Below, piece after piece: positions 55,295-63,270 of a stretch of 64,000 nucleotides of DNA; position 1 is the first letter of the stretch; each line of letters starts with the position of its first letter. Below the pieces are notes generated by a model. It was not told where the DNA came from and ran no database searches. It saw only the letters and a list, made by a program, of their open reading frames with translations. A program made the position numbers and the translations under genes. The DNA lies in the NCBI GenBank assembly GCA_035873205.1, contig JAYWMN010000059.1, positions 1,726 to 65,725 of the forward strand, in the 5' to 3' direction. This DNA comes from Nitrospirota bacterium (GTDB lineage Bacteria; Nitrospirota; Leptospirillia; Leptospirillales; Leptospirillaceae).

Positions 55295-55780
55295 CTAGAC
55301 ATCAACAACCAGCCGGACACGAAAGCCTTCCGGACCTTGAGTGACCGAAAGAGCGGTCAGGGTGGCTCCCTTGACCTCTGTTCCCCGGGAGTGCCGTCCT
55401 GTCCAGGGTTCCCCCCACGCCTGCCCCCGGATCTCCCCTCCGACCCTCTCCACCCGGAATCGCCCAAAGACCATGCGACGAAGACTTGCTTCCGACAGAA
55501 GACGATTGATCCATTCCACCAGGGCAAGCTCCGGATCCTCTTCAGTAAAAACGATCTCCACCTTTATCCGGGGTTTGACCGAATCGAGCTCGGCCATCAG
55601 GGAAAAAGTCGCCCGGGCTGCGTTGACGAAGGCCTCCCCGAGCGTTTTGCCATCCGCGGCGATTCCTACATCGGCATCATGGGAAAAAAAAGAAAAACCG
55701 GGACTCCTTCTTGCGTCCCGGTGAGACCTTTCGGGAAGATTGTCCTCTTTCTCTTTTTCACTGCGTTCCCTTGGGGGCAC
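55295..55780 (-). CDS. archease (RtcB activator family)
   Basis: The core FSHDADVGIAADGKTLGEAFVNAA...EVKGATLTALSV...RVRLVVDV matches the archease pattern (HTAD-G-, -KA-TYH-). A GTG start at 55780 gives an N-terminal extension of about 30 aa; the start is uncertain. Confidence 0.8.
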   Translation of the reverse strand: MPPRERSEKEKEDNLPERSHRDARRSPGFSFFSHDADVGIAADGKTLGEAFVNAARATFSLMAELDSVKPRIKVEIVFTEEDPELALVEWINRLLSEASLRRMVFGRFRVERVGGEIRGQAWGEPWTGRHSRGTEVKGATLTALSVTQGPEGFRVRLVVDV

Positions 55781-55826
55781 GGGACCTTCTCTTTTAAAAA
55801 TCCATTACACTCCTCTTAAGGCGGCG

Positions 55827-56153
55827 TCACGGGACTTTTTCCGGCCCTCTCCCTTTCCGGGTCCATTGGTCAAGTTCCTTCCGGACCCCGTCGATGGCGT
55901 CGCGGAGCGCCACATAGACATCCTCATCCCGATCCTTCGTCACGATGATGGCATGCCCCGGAAGAGTCACGTCGATCTCGACGGTGTACCTCTTTCTGTC
56001 GTGAGCGCGTTTCTGGTGAAATTCCACCGCAACCCGGCACCGCTCGATTCTGGAACAGGTTTTTTCGAGACTCTCCACCTGATCCCGGATACGCTTCTCG
56101 AGAGGATCCGAATACTCCAATCCCTGGATCGTCAATTTCAGGGGGATCTCCAT
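55827..56153 (-). CDS. hpf: ribosome hibernation-promoting factor (short HPF/YfiA family)
   Basis: 108 aa. MEIPLKLTIQGLEYSDPLEKRIRDQVESLEK...VEIDVTLPGHAIIVTKDRDEDVYVALRDAIDGVRKELDQ matches the sigma54-modulation/ribosomal S30AE family pattern. Confidence 0.85.
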   Translation of the reverse strand: MEIPLKLTIQGLEYSDPLEKRIRDQVESLEKTCSRIERCRVAVEFHQKRAHDRKRYTVEIDVTLPGHAIIVTKDRDEDVYVALRDAIDGVRKELDQWTRKGRGPEKVP

Positions 56154-56169
56154 CCGGTCGGTCCCCTCC

Positions 56170-56604
56170 TTAGCGCGGGTTTTCCGGCTTCATGTTCTGG
56201 CTTATCGTTTTTGACAGGTTGTTGAGCTCCCGTTCCAGAACCATGAGGATATCGTCAAGGCTCAGAATCCCGATCACCTTCCCGTTTCCGTCCACAACCG
56301 GAAGCCGCCGGACCCCATGTTCCATCATGACCCGAGAGGCATCCACGAGATCTCCGTCTTCCCGAAGGGTCGCCACATTCGGGCTCATGATATCGCCGAT
56401 CAGGGTGGTATCGGGATCTTTTCCGAGATTGACCACCTTGACCACAATGTCCCGGTCGGTCACTATTCCCAGAGGCGCCGAGTGGTTGTCGGTCACGACC
56501 ACCGCGCCCACATTCTTCTCTGCCATTTTTCTCGCGGCCTCGCGAACATGATCTCCCTTCCGGGCCATTACGACATGGGTTGTACAGAATTTTTTCATCG
56601 ACAT
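56170..56604 (-). CDS. CBS-pair domain protein
   Basis: Two CBS motifs (AARKMAEKNVGAVVVTDN...GIVTDRDIV and ASRVMMEHGVRRLPVVDGNGKVIGILSLDDI). The start was trimmed to MSMKKF (56604). Confidence 0.85.
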   Translation of the reverse strand: MSMKKFCTTHVVMARKGDHVREAARKMAEKNVGAVVVTDNHSAPLGIVTDRDIVVKVVNLGKDPDTTLIGDIMSPNVATLREDGDLVDASRVMMEHGVRRLPVVDGNGKVIGILSLDDILMVLERELNNLSKTISQNMKPENPR

Positions 56605-56752
56605 GAATCTCTCCTTTACGAATTCCGGGCTACGATGGTCCGGAACAGTGAATGAATTTCCCCGACGGGACAAGCCCGGCGGAAGAACTGATGTTGGGTG
56701 TGTCAAGAATGAAAAATTCGGGACACACTCTCCGGAGAGTCAAAAACAGGGA

Positions 56753-57214
56753 CTACCGGATTTCGATTTCGCTGCTTTTCGCTTTGGATCCCTCCATTTT
56801 TTCGATCCGGATTTGGAGAACCCCCTCCTTCATGTTCGCCGAAATCTTGCTGGAATCCGCATCGTCCGGTAGCGTAAAGCTTCTCATGAAGCTCCCATAG
56901 GACCGCTCGACCCGGTGGAAGCGGAATCCGTCCTTCTCTTCCCGCTCCTTGTGCCTTGATCCGGAAATTGTCAGAATCCCGTTTTCGACTGAAAGTTTCG
57001 CATCCTCCTTCTTGACCTGGGGCAACTCGACGGTCACCAGATAGGCGTTGCCTTCCTCTGCGATATCGACCACCGGCAACCAGTCGATCACCGTCAGCGA
57101 CTGATTTTCTTCCGGGTGAACGGTCGTTCCTCCCATTCGCCCAAAGAAAGGGGCCAGACGCCGCCCGAATTCCTCAAATTCCCGAACTGGATCCCATTTC
57201 AGCAAACTGCTCAT
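56753..57214 (-). CDS. Hsp20/alpha-crystallin family small heat-shock protein
   Basis: 153 aa with an alpha-crystallin domain PVVDIAEEGNAYLVTVELPQVKKEDAKLSVENGILTISG...ERSYGSFMRSFTLP and the C-terminal I-x-I motif (IEIR). Confidence 0.9.
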   Translation of the reverse strand: MSSLLKWDPVREFEEFGRRLAPFFGRMGGTTVHPEENQSLTVIDWLPVVDIAEEGNAYLVTVELPQVKKEDAKLSVENGILTISGSRHKEREEKDGFRFHRVERSYGSFMRSFTLPDDADSSKISANMKEGVLQIRIEKMEGSKAKSSEIEIR

Positions 57215-57520
57215 CTCGGAACTCCTTTTTCTGGTAAACAGTGATTGTCAGACCTCTGTCGCCCCCCGAAAACATTCCCGACGCATCAGGATGACAGAAG
57301 ATCCTCTCGGGCCCGTCCGATGATCCGGCCGGGCCCGCAGTGCCGACGGAGTCGGAATACTGGAGCCATTGTCCCTGGGCCCCCTCTTCCGCCTTCCTCG
57401 GTTCCCCCTTCCCGTCTTTCGGGCCCGCTGTCCCCTTCAAAAAAAGATTCTGCCCGCACGGAGCAAGGAGACGGCCGGGGTGTCGCGGGAGGTCCGCAGA
57501 TCCTGTCCCGTCAACCGGGC

Positions 57521-57570
57521 GCTCATTCGTCAAGCGGAAATATGAATTATGGCCGGTCTGACGAATGAGC
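57521..57570. repeat. perfect 12-bp inverted repeat with a 26-nt spacer in the long gap upstream of hsp20
   Basis: GCTCATTCGTCA at 57521-57532 is the exact reverse complement of TGACGAATGAGC at 57559-57570. No convincing CDS overlaps it. Confidence 0.7.
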
Positions 57571-58129
57571 AGACAGGAACAAGGCACCCTTTGTCTGAAT
57601 GGGGATGGGCTGAAGCGGGAAAAACCCTCCGTTTATTCAAGTCGGCCAATGATTCCGGAACGGAGGAATAAACAAGGAGTGTTGTCCATTCTGTCCTGCC
57701 GTCAAGGAGACTAAAAAAAGGGGCCTTCTCCTTGCAGGCGTTTCTAATCCGGGACTGGAACAATGCCAAATCGTATTGAAATAATGTGTATTGATTTTTT
57801 ATTAAGTTTGTTGAATTATAAAAAGCTTAAATTGAAAATCATAGGATTATGATTCTTGTCGAAAATGTATCAGCCTCCTCTGCTTTGTCAAGGAACACAC
57901 TCTTTTCCCGACATCATCGGGTTTCCCCCCCTTCCCCCCTGAAAATTTCCGGAGAAACAGAGGATGCGTCGCCTCCAGAAGGTGCGGCGAAACCGATTTG
58001 TCCGAAAAGAGAAAAAAATCCGTGAAGGCTGAGAGGAGGAGCAAATGGAAAATCAGCGGGGAAGAAAAGAATTATTTCAACGCAGGAGACGGAAGACCAG
58101 GGAGTTTCCCTCGAAAAAAATACGCTGGA

Positions 58130-58765
58130 TTAACGGAATCGAAGATCCCTTCTCTCCGAGATGATCTTGACCCAGGAGCCGCGCAAAACCCGTCTGTCGA
58201 AGGGTGTCAGGTCGAGAACAGGAGAAACGGGATGGCCAGGACGAAACCCTCCGTCCACAATGGCCAGATCCGGAAAGCTCCTCCGGATGGCCTCCGGGGT
58301 CTTGAGCGGTGGAGTTCCCGAAATATTGAGGCTGGTCCCCGAAAGGGGCTCTCCCAAGAAGTTCAGAAAATCCCTGAGAACTTTGTCCGCCGGAATCCTG
58401 AATGCCACCTTTCCGGAGTTGGCCATTCCCAGAGACTCCGCCAGCGGACGGGCACGGAGGAGACAGGTCAGGAAGCGGGGAGACCCGGCAATAAATCGAA
58501 GCCGGGATCGATCGTCGGGCAGAAAGGCGAACCGTTCGACCACGTTGAGGTTTCCCGCAAGATAGAGGATCGGCTTTCCCGGACTCCGGTCCTTGATCCG
58601 GTATAACCGATATCGCGCCCCGGAAGGACGTCTCGTCGGCACCTCCGAAAGCGCATAGGCATATTCGGCAGGGAATCCCGCAACCCCTCCCGAAAGGAGC
58701 CAGTGCCGAATGGCGCGCCACCCGGAGCGCTGATCGAGGGAAGGAAAGACGGGGGGATCTTCCAT
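58130..58765 (-). CDS. tsaC: L-threonylcarbamoyladenylate synthase (YrdC/Sua5/TsaC family)
   Basis: 211 aa with GGVAGFPAEYAYAL, RLYRIKDRSPGKPILYL and SGTSLNISG (cf. the TSAN-SG signature). It starts 6 nt after the purD stop. Confidence 0.75.
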   Translation of the reverse strand: MEDPPVFPSLDQRSGWRAIRHWLLSGGVAGFPAEYAYALSEVPTRRPSGARYRLYRIKDRSPGKPILYLAGNLNVVERFAFLPDDRSRLRFIAGSPRFLTCLLRARPLAESLGMANSGKVAFRIPADKVLRDFLNFLGEPLSGTSLNISGTPPLKTPEAIRRSFPDLAIVDGGFRPGHPVSPVLDLTPFDRRVLRGSWVKIISERRDLRFR

Positions 58766-58770
58766 ACCGG

Positions 58771-60045
58771 TTACCCTTCCCCCCCGGACTCTTTTCTGGC
58801 GATATCCTTCCGGAAATGCCCCCCCGGGAGACGTATCCCCTCAATCAGGCGATAGGCCCGGGATCTGGCCTCTCCCAGCGACTCCCCGCGGCCGACGGCC
58901 GTCAGGACACGGCCGCCCGAAGAAACAAAGGTGCCGGAAACTCTTTTGACGCCGGCAAAATAGATCTCTCCTTCGGGGGAGCGCTGGTCATGACCGGGAA
59001 TTCCTTCGAGAGGATCGTCCAGAACGGGCTTTTCAGGATACCCCCGGGACGCCAGGACCACTCCGACCCGTGGGAGGGAAGGGAGGCTCCAGTTTGACAC
59101 AATGGATCCGTTTGCCACCTCTTCAAAAAGGGGGAGGGCATTCTCTCCCAGAATGTCGAAGAGAACCTGGGCTTCCGGATCCCCCATTCGCGCGTTGAAC
59201 TCCAGGACGGAAGGCCCCTCATCCGTTATCATCAGACCCGCATAGAGAAATCCGGAAAAAGGCGTTCCGGCCTTCGACAGCCCCCACAGACAGCGCTCGA
59301 TGATTTCGTTCGCCCGTTCCTGATTGGCGGGGGTCCATCCGGGAACCGGCGTCAAAACCCCCATTCCTCCTGTATTCGGCCCCTGGTCCCCATCGAAGAC
59401 CCTCTTGTAGTCGCGTGCGGTCGGAAACGGAACGAACCGCTTCCCGTCCGTGACAACGATGAAAGAAACTTCGGGGCCAGAAAGGCACGTCTCGATGAGT
59501 ACCGTCTCCCCTCCGGGAATCTCCTTCCGGTCGAAATACCTGGCCAGGGCCAGCTCCCAGTCTTCCATTGTTTTCACCACGGCCACACCCTTCCCCTGGG
59601 CCAGGCCATCGGCCTTGATCACGAGAGGAAGTCCCCATTTCTTCAGTACCTCTTTCGCCTCTTCCCGTCCCGACACCTTCTGCCAGGGAGCGGTCGGAAT
59701 CCCGACCCTCTGCATGAGTTCCTTGGCAAAAACCTTGGACCCCTCGATCCGGGCGGCCTCCTGGTCCGGACCGACGACAGGGATCCCTCTCTGTCTCAGA
59801 GCGTTTCCAAGCCCGTCCATCAGGGGCTTCTCTGGACCTATGATCGCCATATCGACCTTTGCCTCCGCAATCATCCGGGCTCCGGACAGCGGGTCGGCGG
59901 GAAGCTCCCCTGCCCGTTCGACATCCTCCATTCCATCGTTTCCAGGATAGGTCACGATGCGGATCCCCGATCCCGATCTCCTGAGGGCTGCCACAAGGGC
60001 GTGCTCCCGGGCTCCGGACCCGATAACCGCGATATTCCTTGTCAT
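58771..60045 (-). CDS. purD: phosphoribosylamine--glycine ligase
   Basis: 424 aa starting IAVIGSGAREHAL. It has an ATP-grasp core LVIKADGLAQGKGV and GPNTGGMG. Confidence 0.93.
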   Translation of the reverse strand: MTRNIAVIGSGAREHALVAALRRSGSGIRIVTYPGNDGMEDVERAGELPADPLSGARMIAEAKVDMAIIGPEKPLMDGLGNALRQRGIPVVGPDQEAARIEGSKVFAKELMQRVGIPTAPWQKVSGREEAKEVLKKWGLPLVIKADGLAQGKGVAVVKTMEDWELALARYFDRKEIPGGETVLIETCLSGPEVSFIVVTDGKRFVPFPTARDYKRVFDGDQGPNTGGMGVLTPVPGWTPANQERANEIIERCLWGLSKAGTPFSGFLYAGLMITDEGPSVLEFNARMGDPEAQVLFDILGENALPLFEEVANGSIVSNWSLPSLPRVGVVLASRGYPEKPVLDDPLEGIPGHDQRSPEGEIYFAGVKRVSGTFVSSGGRVLTAVGRGESLGEARSRAYRLIEGIRLPGGHFRKDIARKESGGEG

Positions 60046-60071
60046 CTGTCCCGTTCCTTTCTTTCGGTCGT

Positions 60072-61643
60072 TTAATGTTTGAAGTGGCGAACACCGGTCA
60101 GAATCATGAACATCCCATATTCATCCGCCGCCTCGAACACTTCCTTGTCCCGGATCGATCCTCCGGGCTGGACGATGCCGGAGATTCCGAGCTTGGCCGC
60201 TTCGTCGATACCGTCCCGGAAGGGAAAGAAGGCATCGGACGCCAGGACTGTCCCGTGGGTCGTACGGTTGGACTTCATGCCGGAGAGCCTCACCGAATCC
60301 ACCCGGCTCATCTGTCCCGCCCCGATCCCGACCGTCACCTGGTCTTTGACCAGTATGATGGCATTGGAGCGGACATGTTTTCCGACGGTGAAGGCAAAGA
60401 GAGCATCATTCCATTCCTTGTCAGTCGGGACTCTTTTTGTGGCGAGGGTGAGCTGGTCCCGGGAAGGCATGACGAGACTGTCGGGAGTCTGAACGAGCAA
60501 CCCTCCCGACACCGAGCGAAGCTCCATGACCTCTTCGGGATTTTTCACGGGAGCAAAAGCGTCCGGGGCCTCGAGGAGCCGAATATCCTTTTTCTTTGTC
60601 AGGATCGCGAGAGCTTCGGGAGAAAACCCGGGAGCGATGACAACCTCCAGGAAGATCTTGGCCATTTCTTCGGCCGTTGCCTGGTCGAGAACCCGGTTGA
60701 CCGCCACGACCCCTCCGAATGATGACACAGGGTCGGTGTCCCGGGCCTGGCAGTAGGTTTCCGAAAGACTCGCTCCCGTCGCCGCTCCGCAAGGGTTATT
60801 ATGCTTCACGATGACCGTCGCCGCTTCGGGAAATTCCCTGACAAGGGCCAGGGCCGAATGGGCGTCGAGCACGTTGTTGTAGGAAAGTTCCTTGCCCCAT
60901 CGTTTGACGGCGGAGCCTACCCCCACATCGGCCGGATTGGCGGAACGGTAGAACGCGCCTTTCTGGTGGGGATTTTCTCCGTAGCGGAGAGTCTGCGCGA
61001 GTGTCCACGACATGGACAGGGTCTCGGGAAACAGGGAGCTCTTTCCTTCCTCTCCCAGATAGGAAGAAATGGCCTGGTCGTACTGGCTGGTCATCCGGAA
61101 AGCTTTCGCCGCCAGTTCCTTCCTCAGGGACTGCTCAACGGGCGAATCGTTTTCGAGAAGCGCCAGGACGCGCTCGTAATCGGACGGGTCGACAAGAATC
61201 ACCACATCCTTGAAATTCTTTGCCGAGGCGCGGATCATGGCGGGTCCTCCGATATCGATCTGTTCGCAGGCTTCGGAAAGGGTGGTTCCCGGTTTCCGGA
61301 TCGTCTGGACAAAGGGGTAAAGATTGATGCAGACGAGGTCGATCGAGGTGATTCCGTGCTCTTCCATTTCCTTCTTGTGACCCGGGTCGTCTTTCTTTCC
61401 CAGGATGCCCCCATGAATCTTGGGGTGCAGGGTCTTGACTCTGCCTCCAAGGATTTCCGGAAAATTTGTCTCGGAGGACACATCCTTGACCGGAACCCCC
61501 GAAGCGCGAAGGGATTTCGCCGTTCCTCCGGTGGAAAGAATTTCCACTCCCATATGTGACAGCCGGCGGGCCAGCTCCTCGATACCCGTCTTATCGGATA
61601 CGCTGATCAGTGCCCGTGAAATTCCATGTCTGGATCGCTTCAT
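60072..61643 (-). CDS. purH: bifunctional AICAR transformylase / IMP cyclohydrolase
   Basis: 523 aa with an MGS-like N-terminus RALISVSDKTGI...STGGTAK, VKTLHPKIHGGIL, VKHNNPCG and a C-terminal GGSIRD...GVRHFKH. Confidence 0.93.
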   Translation of the reverse strand: MKRSRHGISRALISVSDKTGIEELARRLSHMGVEILSTGGTAKSLRASGVPVKDVSSETNFPEILGGRVKTLHPKIHGGILGKKDDPGHKKEMEEHGITSIDLVCINLYPFVQTIRKPGTTLSEACEQIDIGGPAMIRASAKNFKDVVILVDPSDYERVLALLENDSPVEQSLRKELAAKAFRMTSQYDQAISSYLGEEGKSSLFPETLSMSWTLAQTLRYGENPHQKGAFYRSANPADVGVGSAVKRWGKELSYNNVLDAHSALALVREFPEAATVIVKHNNPCGAATGASLSETYCQARDTDPVSSFGGVVAVNRVLDQATAEEMAKIFLEVVIAPGFSPEALAILTKKKDIRLLEAPDAFAPVKNPEEVMELRSVSGGLLVQTPDSLVMPSRDQLTLATKRVPTDKEWNDALFAFTVGKHVRSNAIILVKDQVTVGIGAGQMSRVDSVRLSGMKSNRTTHGTVLASDAFFPFRDGIDEAAKLGISGIVQPGGSIRDKEVFEAADEYGMFMILTGVRHFKH

Positions 61644-61737
61644 TGTTCTCCTCCTTGAGATAGTGTTCGCTTTGGAAACCCGACGCTGGTGTTTCCGTGA
61701 TAAATGAGCCTATTGGTCTCCGGCCCCTGTTTCTCCG

Positions 61738-63270
61738 TCAATAAGACTTGAGAACGGGCAGGGGTTCTTCTGGAAGCCCGTTCCTGAAGGACGGAATCAG
61801 AAGGATATCGGTCTCGATGATCGGAGACTGATCACGGGCCCCTTTTCTTGAAACAAAAACGGTCTTGAGAAATTGCGGAGTGCCGAACCGGGTGCCAAGC
61901 TCACCGGCGAATCCCCCTTTGGGCCCGTTCTGGACCAGAAAAACAGGTTTTCCGGCGAGTTTTCTGGCAACCTCCGCCGAAAGGACTGTCACCCGAAAAG
62001 GCCGTTTGGGATGAATTTCATAGACCGGGGTACGTCCGTATTCCAGAAACTTGAGGATTCCGGCGTTGGTATAGCCGTCGACAAGCCAAGCGACCGGCCT
62101 TTTCCCGGGAGGAAGGCTTTCGGATAGGAGTCGGATCTGCCGGGCCTCCGAATCAAAGCCTGCCATTCGGCTGGTCGGATCCACATTGGGGTCGATGGGG
62201 AGGATGGGCCAGAAGATCTGGACTCCCACCAGAAGATTGGCGAAAAGGCCGAGAAGGATGCCCGCGAAGGCCGTCCTGTAGAGAACAGGACGGAAACGCC
62301 AGCCGGAGATCATGGCTCCGGTGACAAGAAAGGCTCCGATATATCCTTCGACGGGCCAATTGGCCTCCACCTTGGCCTTGAGACTCGAATAGGCGAAAAA
62401 AAGAAGGATGGGATAGGAGGTCACCCAAAGAAAGAGAAGCGGACGGGAGGGTCTCCTGAAAAACCAGACCGGGGCGAGGACACCGGAGGCGAGGATGAAC
62501 AGGTAGACAACCGGGGTGATGACTCCGAACTGACCTCCGATATAGTCGAGAAATCCGGACAGAGGATCCATTTGGTGAGCCTGCATCCCATGGTGCCACT
62601 GGAAGCGGAAGGAGGCCCAATTGTGGGTGCTGTTCCAGAGGATGACCGGAGAAAACAGCAGGAAGGCCAGTGCCCCGGCCCCCCAGAGGGCCGGTCGCCG
62701 AAACCAGCTCCTCCCCTTCCCGTCAAGCAGAAGAAAAAGGAGAAGAAGCGGCCCCAGCAGAACCATCGTATACTTCGAAAGGAGCCCCAGGCCGAACCAG
62801 AGACCGGCGACAAGCATAATCCTTCCGTTGTCCTCGTCGACCGCCCTGTAAAAGGACTGAAGGCAAAGAAGGAAAAAGAGAATCACCAGCGAATCGGGGG
62901 TCATCAGGAAGGCTCCGGCGGAAAACAGGAGGGTGGCGTTGACCAGTAGAACCGCCCAGAGCCCCGCCCACCGGTCGCGGAGAATCTCCTTTCCCATCCT
63001 GTAGAGGGCCACGCTGATCAGAAGGGAAATGAGAAGGGGCAGGATCCTTATCGCCAGACGGTTGTCCCCCAAAAGATGGGTTGTCACCCAGAGGCTCCAG
63101 GCAATCAGGGGCGGATGGTCGAAGTAGCTGAGCTGGGGGTGAAGAGACCATGTCCAGTAGTAGGCCTCGTCCGCCACGAGCCCAGCCTTCAGTGCCAGAA
63201 CCAGGTGAAAGAGAAGGGAGAGACCGATGAGCCAGAAAACGATCCTTCCCGGCCTTTTGTCCCATGTCAT
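61738..63270 (-). CDS. glycosyltransferase family 39 (ArnT/PMT-like) membrane protein
   Basis: 510 aa. The N-terminal loop GLVADEAYYWTWSLHPQLSYFDHPPLIAW carries the DE-YYW/DHPP signature of GT-C family 39. It has more than 10 TM segments and a soluble C-terminal domain. Confidence 0.8.
   Translation of the reverse strand: MTWDKRPGRIVFWLIGLSLLFHLVLALKAGLVADEAYYWTWSLHPQLSYFDHPPLIAWSLWVTTHLLGDNRLAIRILPLLISLLISVALYRMGKEILRDRWAGLWAVLLVNATLLFSAGAFLMTPDSLVILFFLLCLQSFYRAVDEDNGRIMLVAGLWFGLGLLSKYTMVLLGPLLLLFLLLDGKGRSWFRRPALWGAGALAFLLFSPVILWNSTHNWASFRFQWHHGMQAHQMDPLSGFLDYIGGQFGVITPVVYLFILASGVLAPVWFFRRPSRPLLFLWVTSYPILLFFAYSSLKAKVEANWPVEGYIGAFLVTGAMISGWRFRPVLYRTAFAGILLGLFANLLVGVQIFWPILPIDPNVDPTSRMAGFDSEARQIRLLSESLPPGKRPVAWLVDGYTNAGILKFLEYGRTPVYEIHPKRPFRVTVLSAEVARKLAGKPVFLVQNGPKGGFAGELGTRFGTPQFLKTVFVSRKGARDQSPIIETDILLIPSFRNGLPEEPLPVLKSY

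Noticed and set aside
56727-56740. Perfect 14-nt palindrome ACTCTCCGGAGAGT between hsp20 and the CBS gene, considered as a terminator
   Set aside because: As a hairpin it gives only a 5-bp stem, and the T run is displaced by about 10 nt. That is too weak to call, and it may not stop read-through into the CBS-HPF-archease-RtcB string.
57575-57600. Sigma54-like element AAGGCACCCTTTGTCT
   Set aside because: The GG and GC dinucleotides are not at the required 12-nt register (GT falls where TTGC should be). It is on the plus strand, with no downstream plus-strand gene.
57174-57769. Minus-strand ORFs 57174..57587 (137 aa) and 57530..57769 (79 aa, TTG start) in the hsp20 upstream gap
   Set aside because: They have no RBS, an implausible composition (Gly/Pro/Arg-rich) and no motifs. 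The first overlaps the hsp20 start. I treated them as non-coding.
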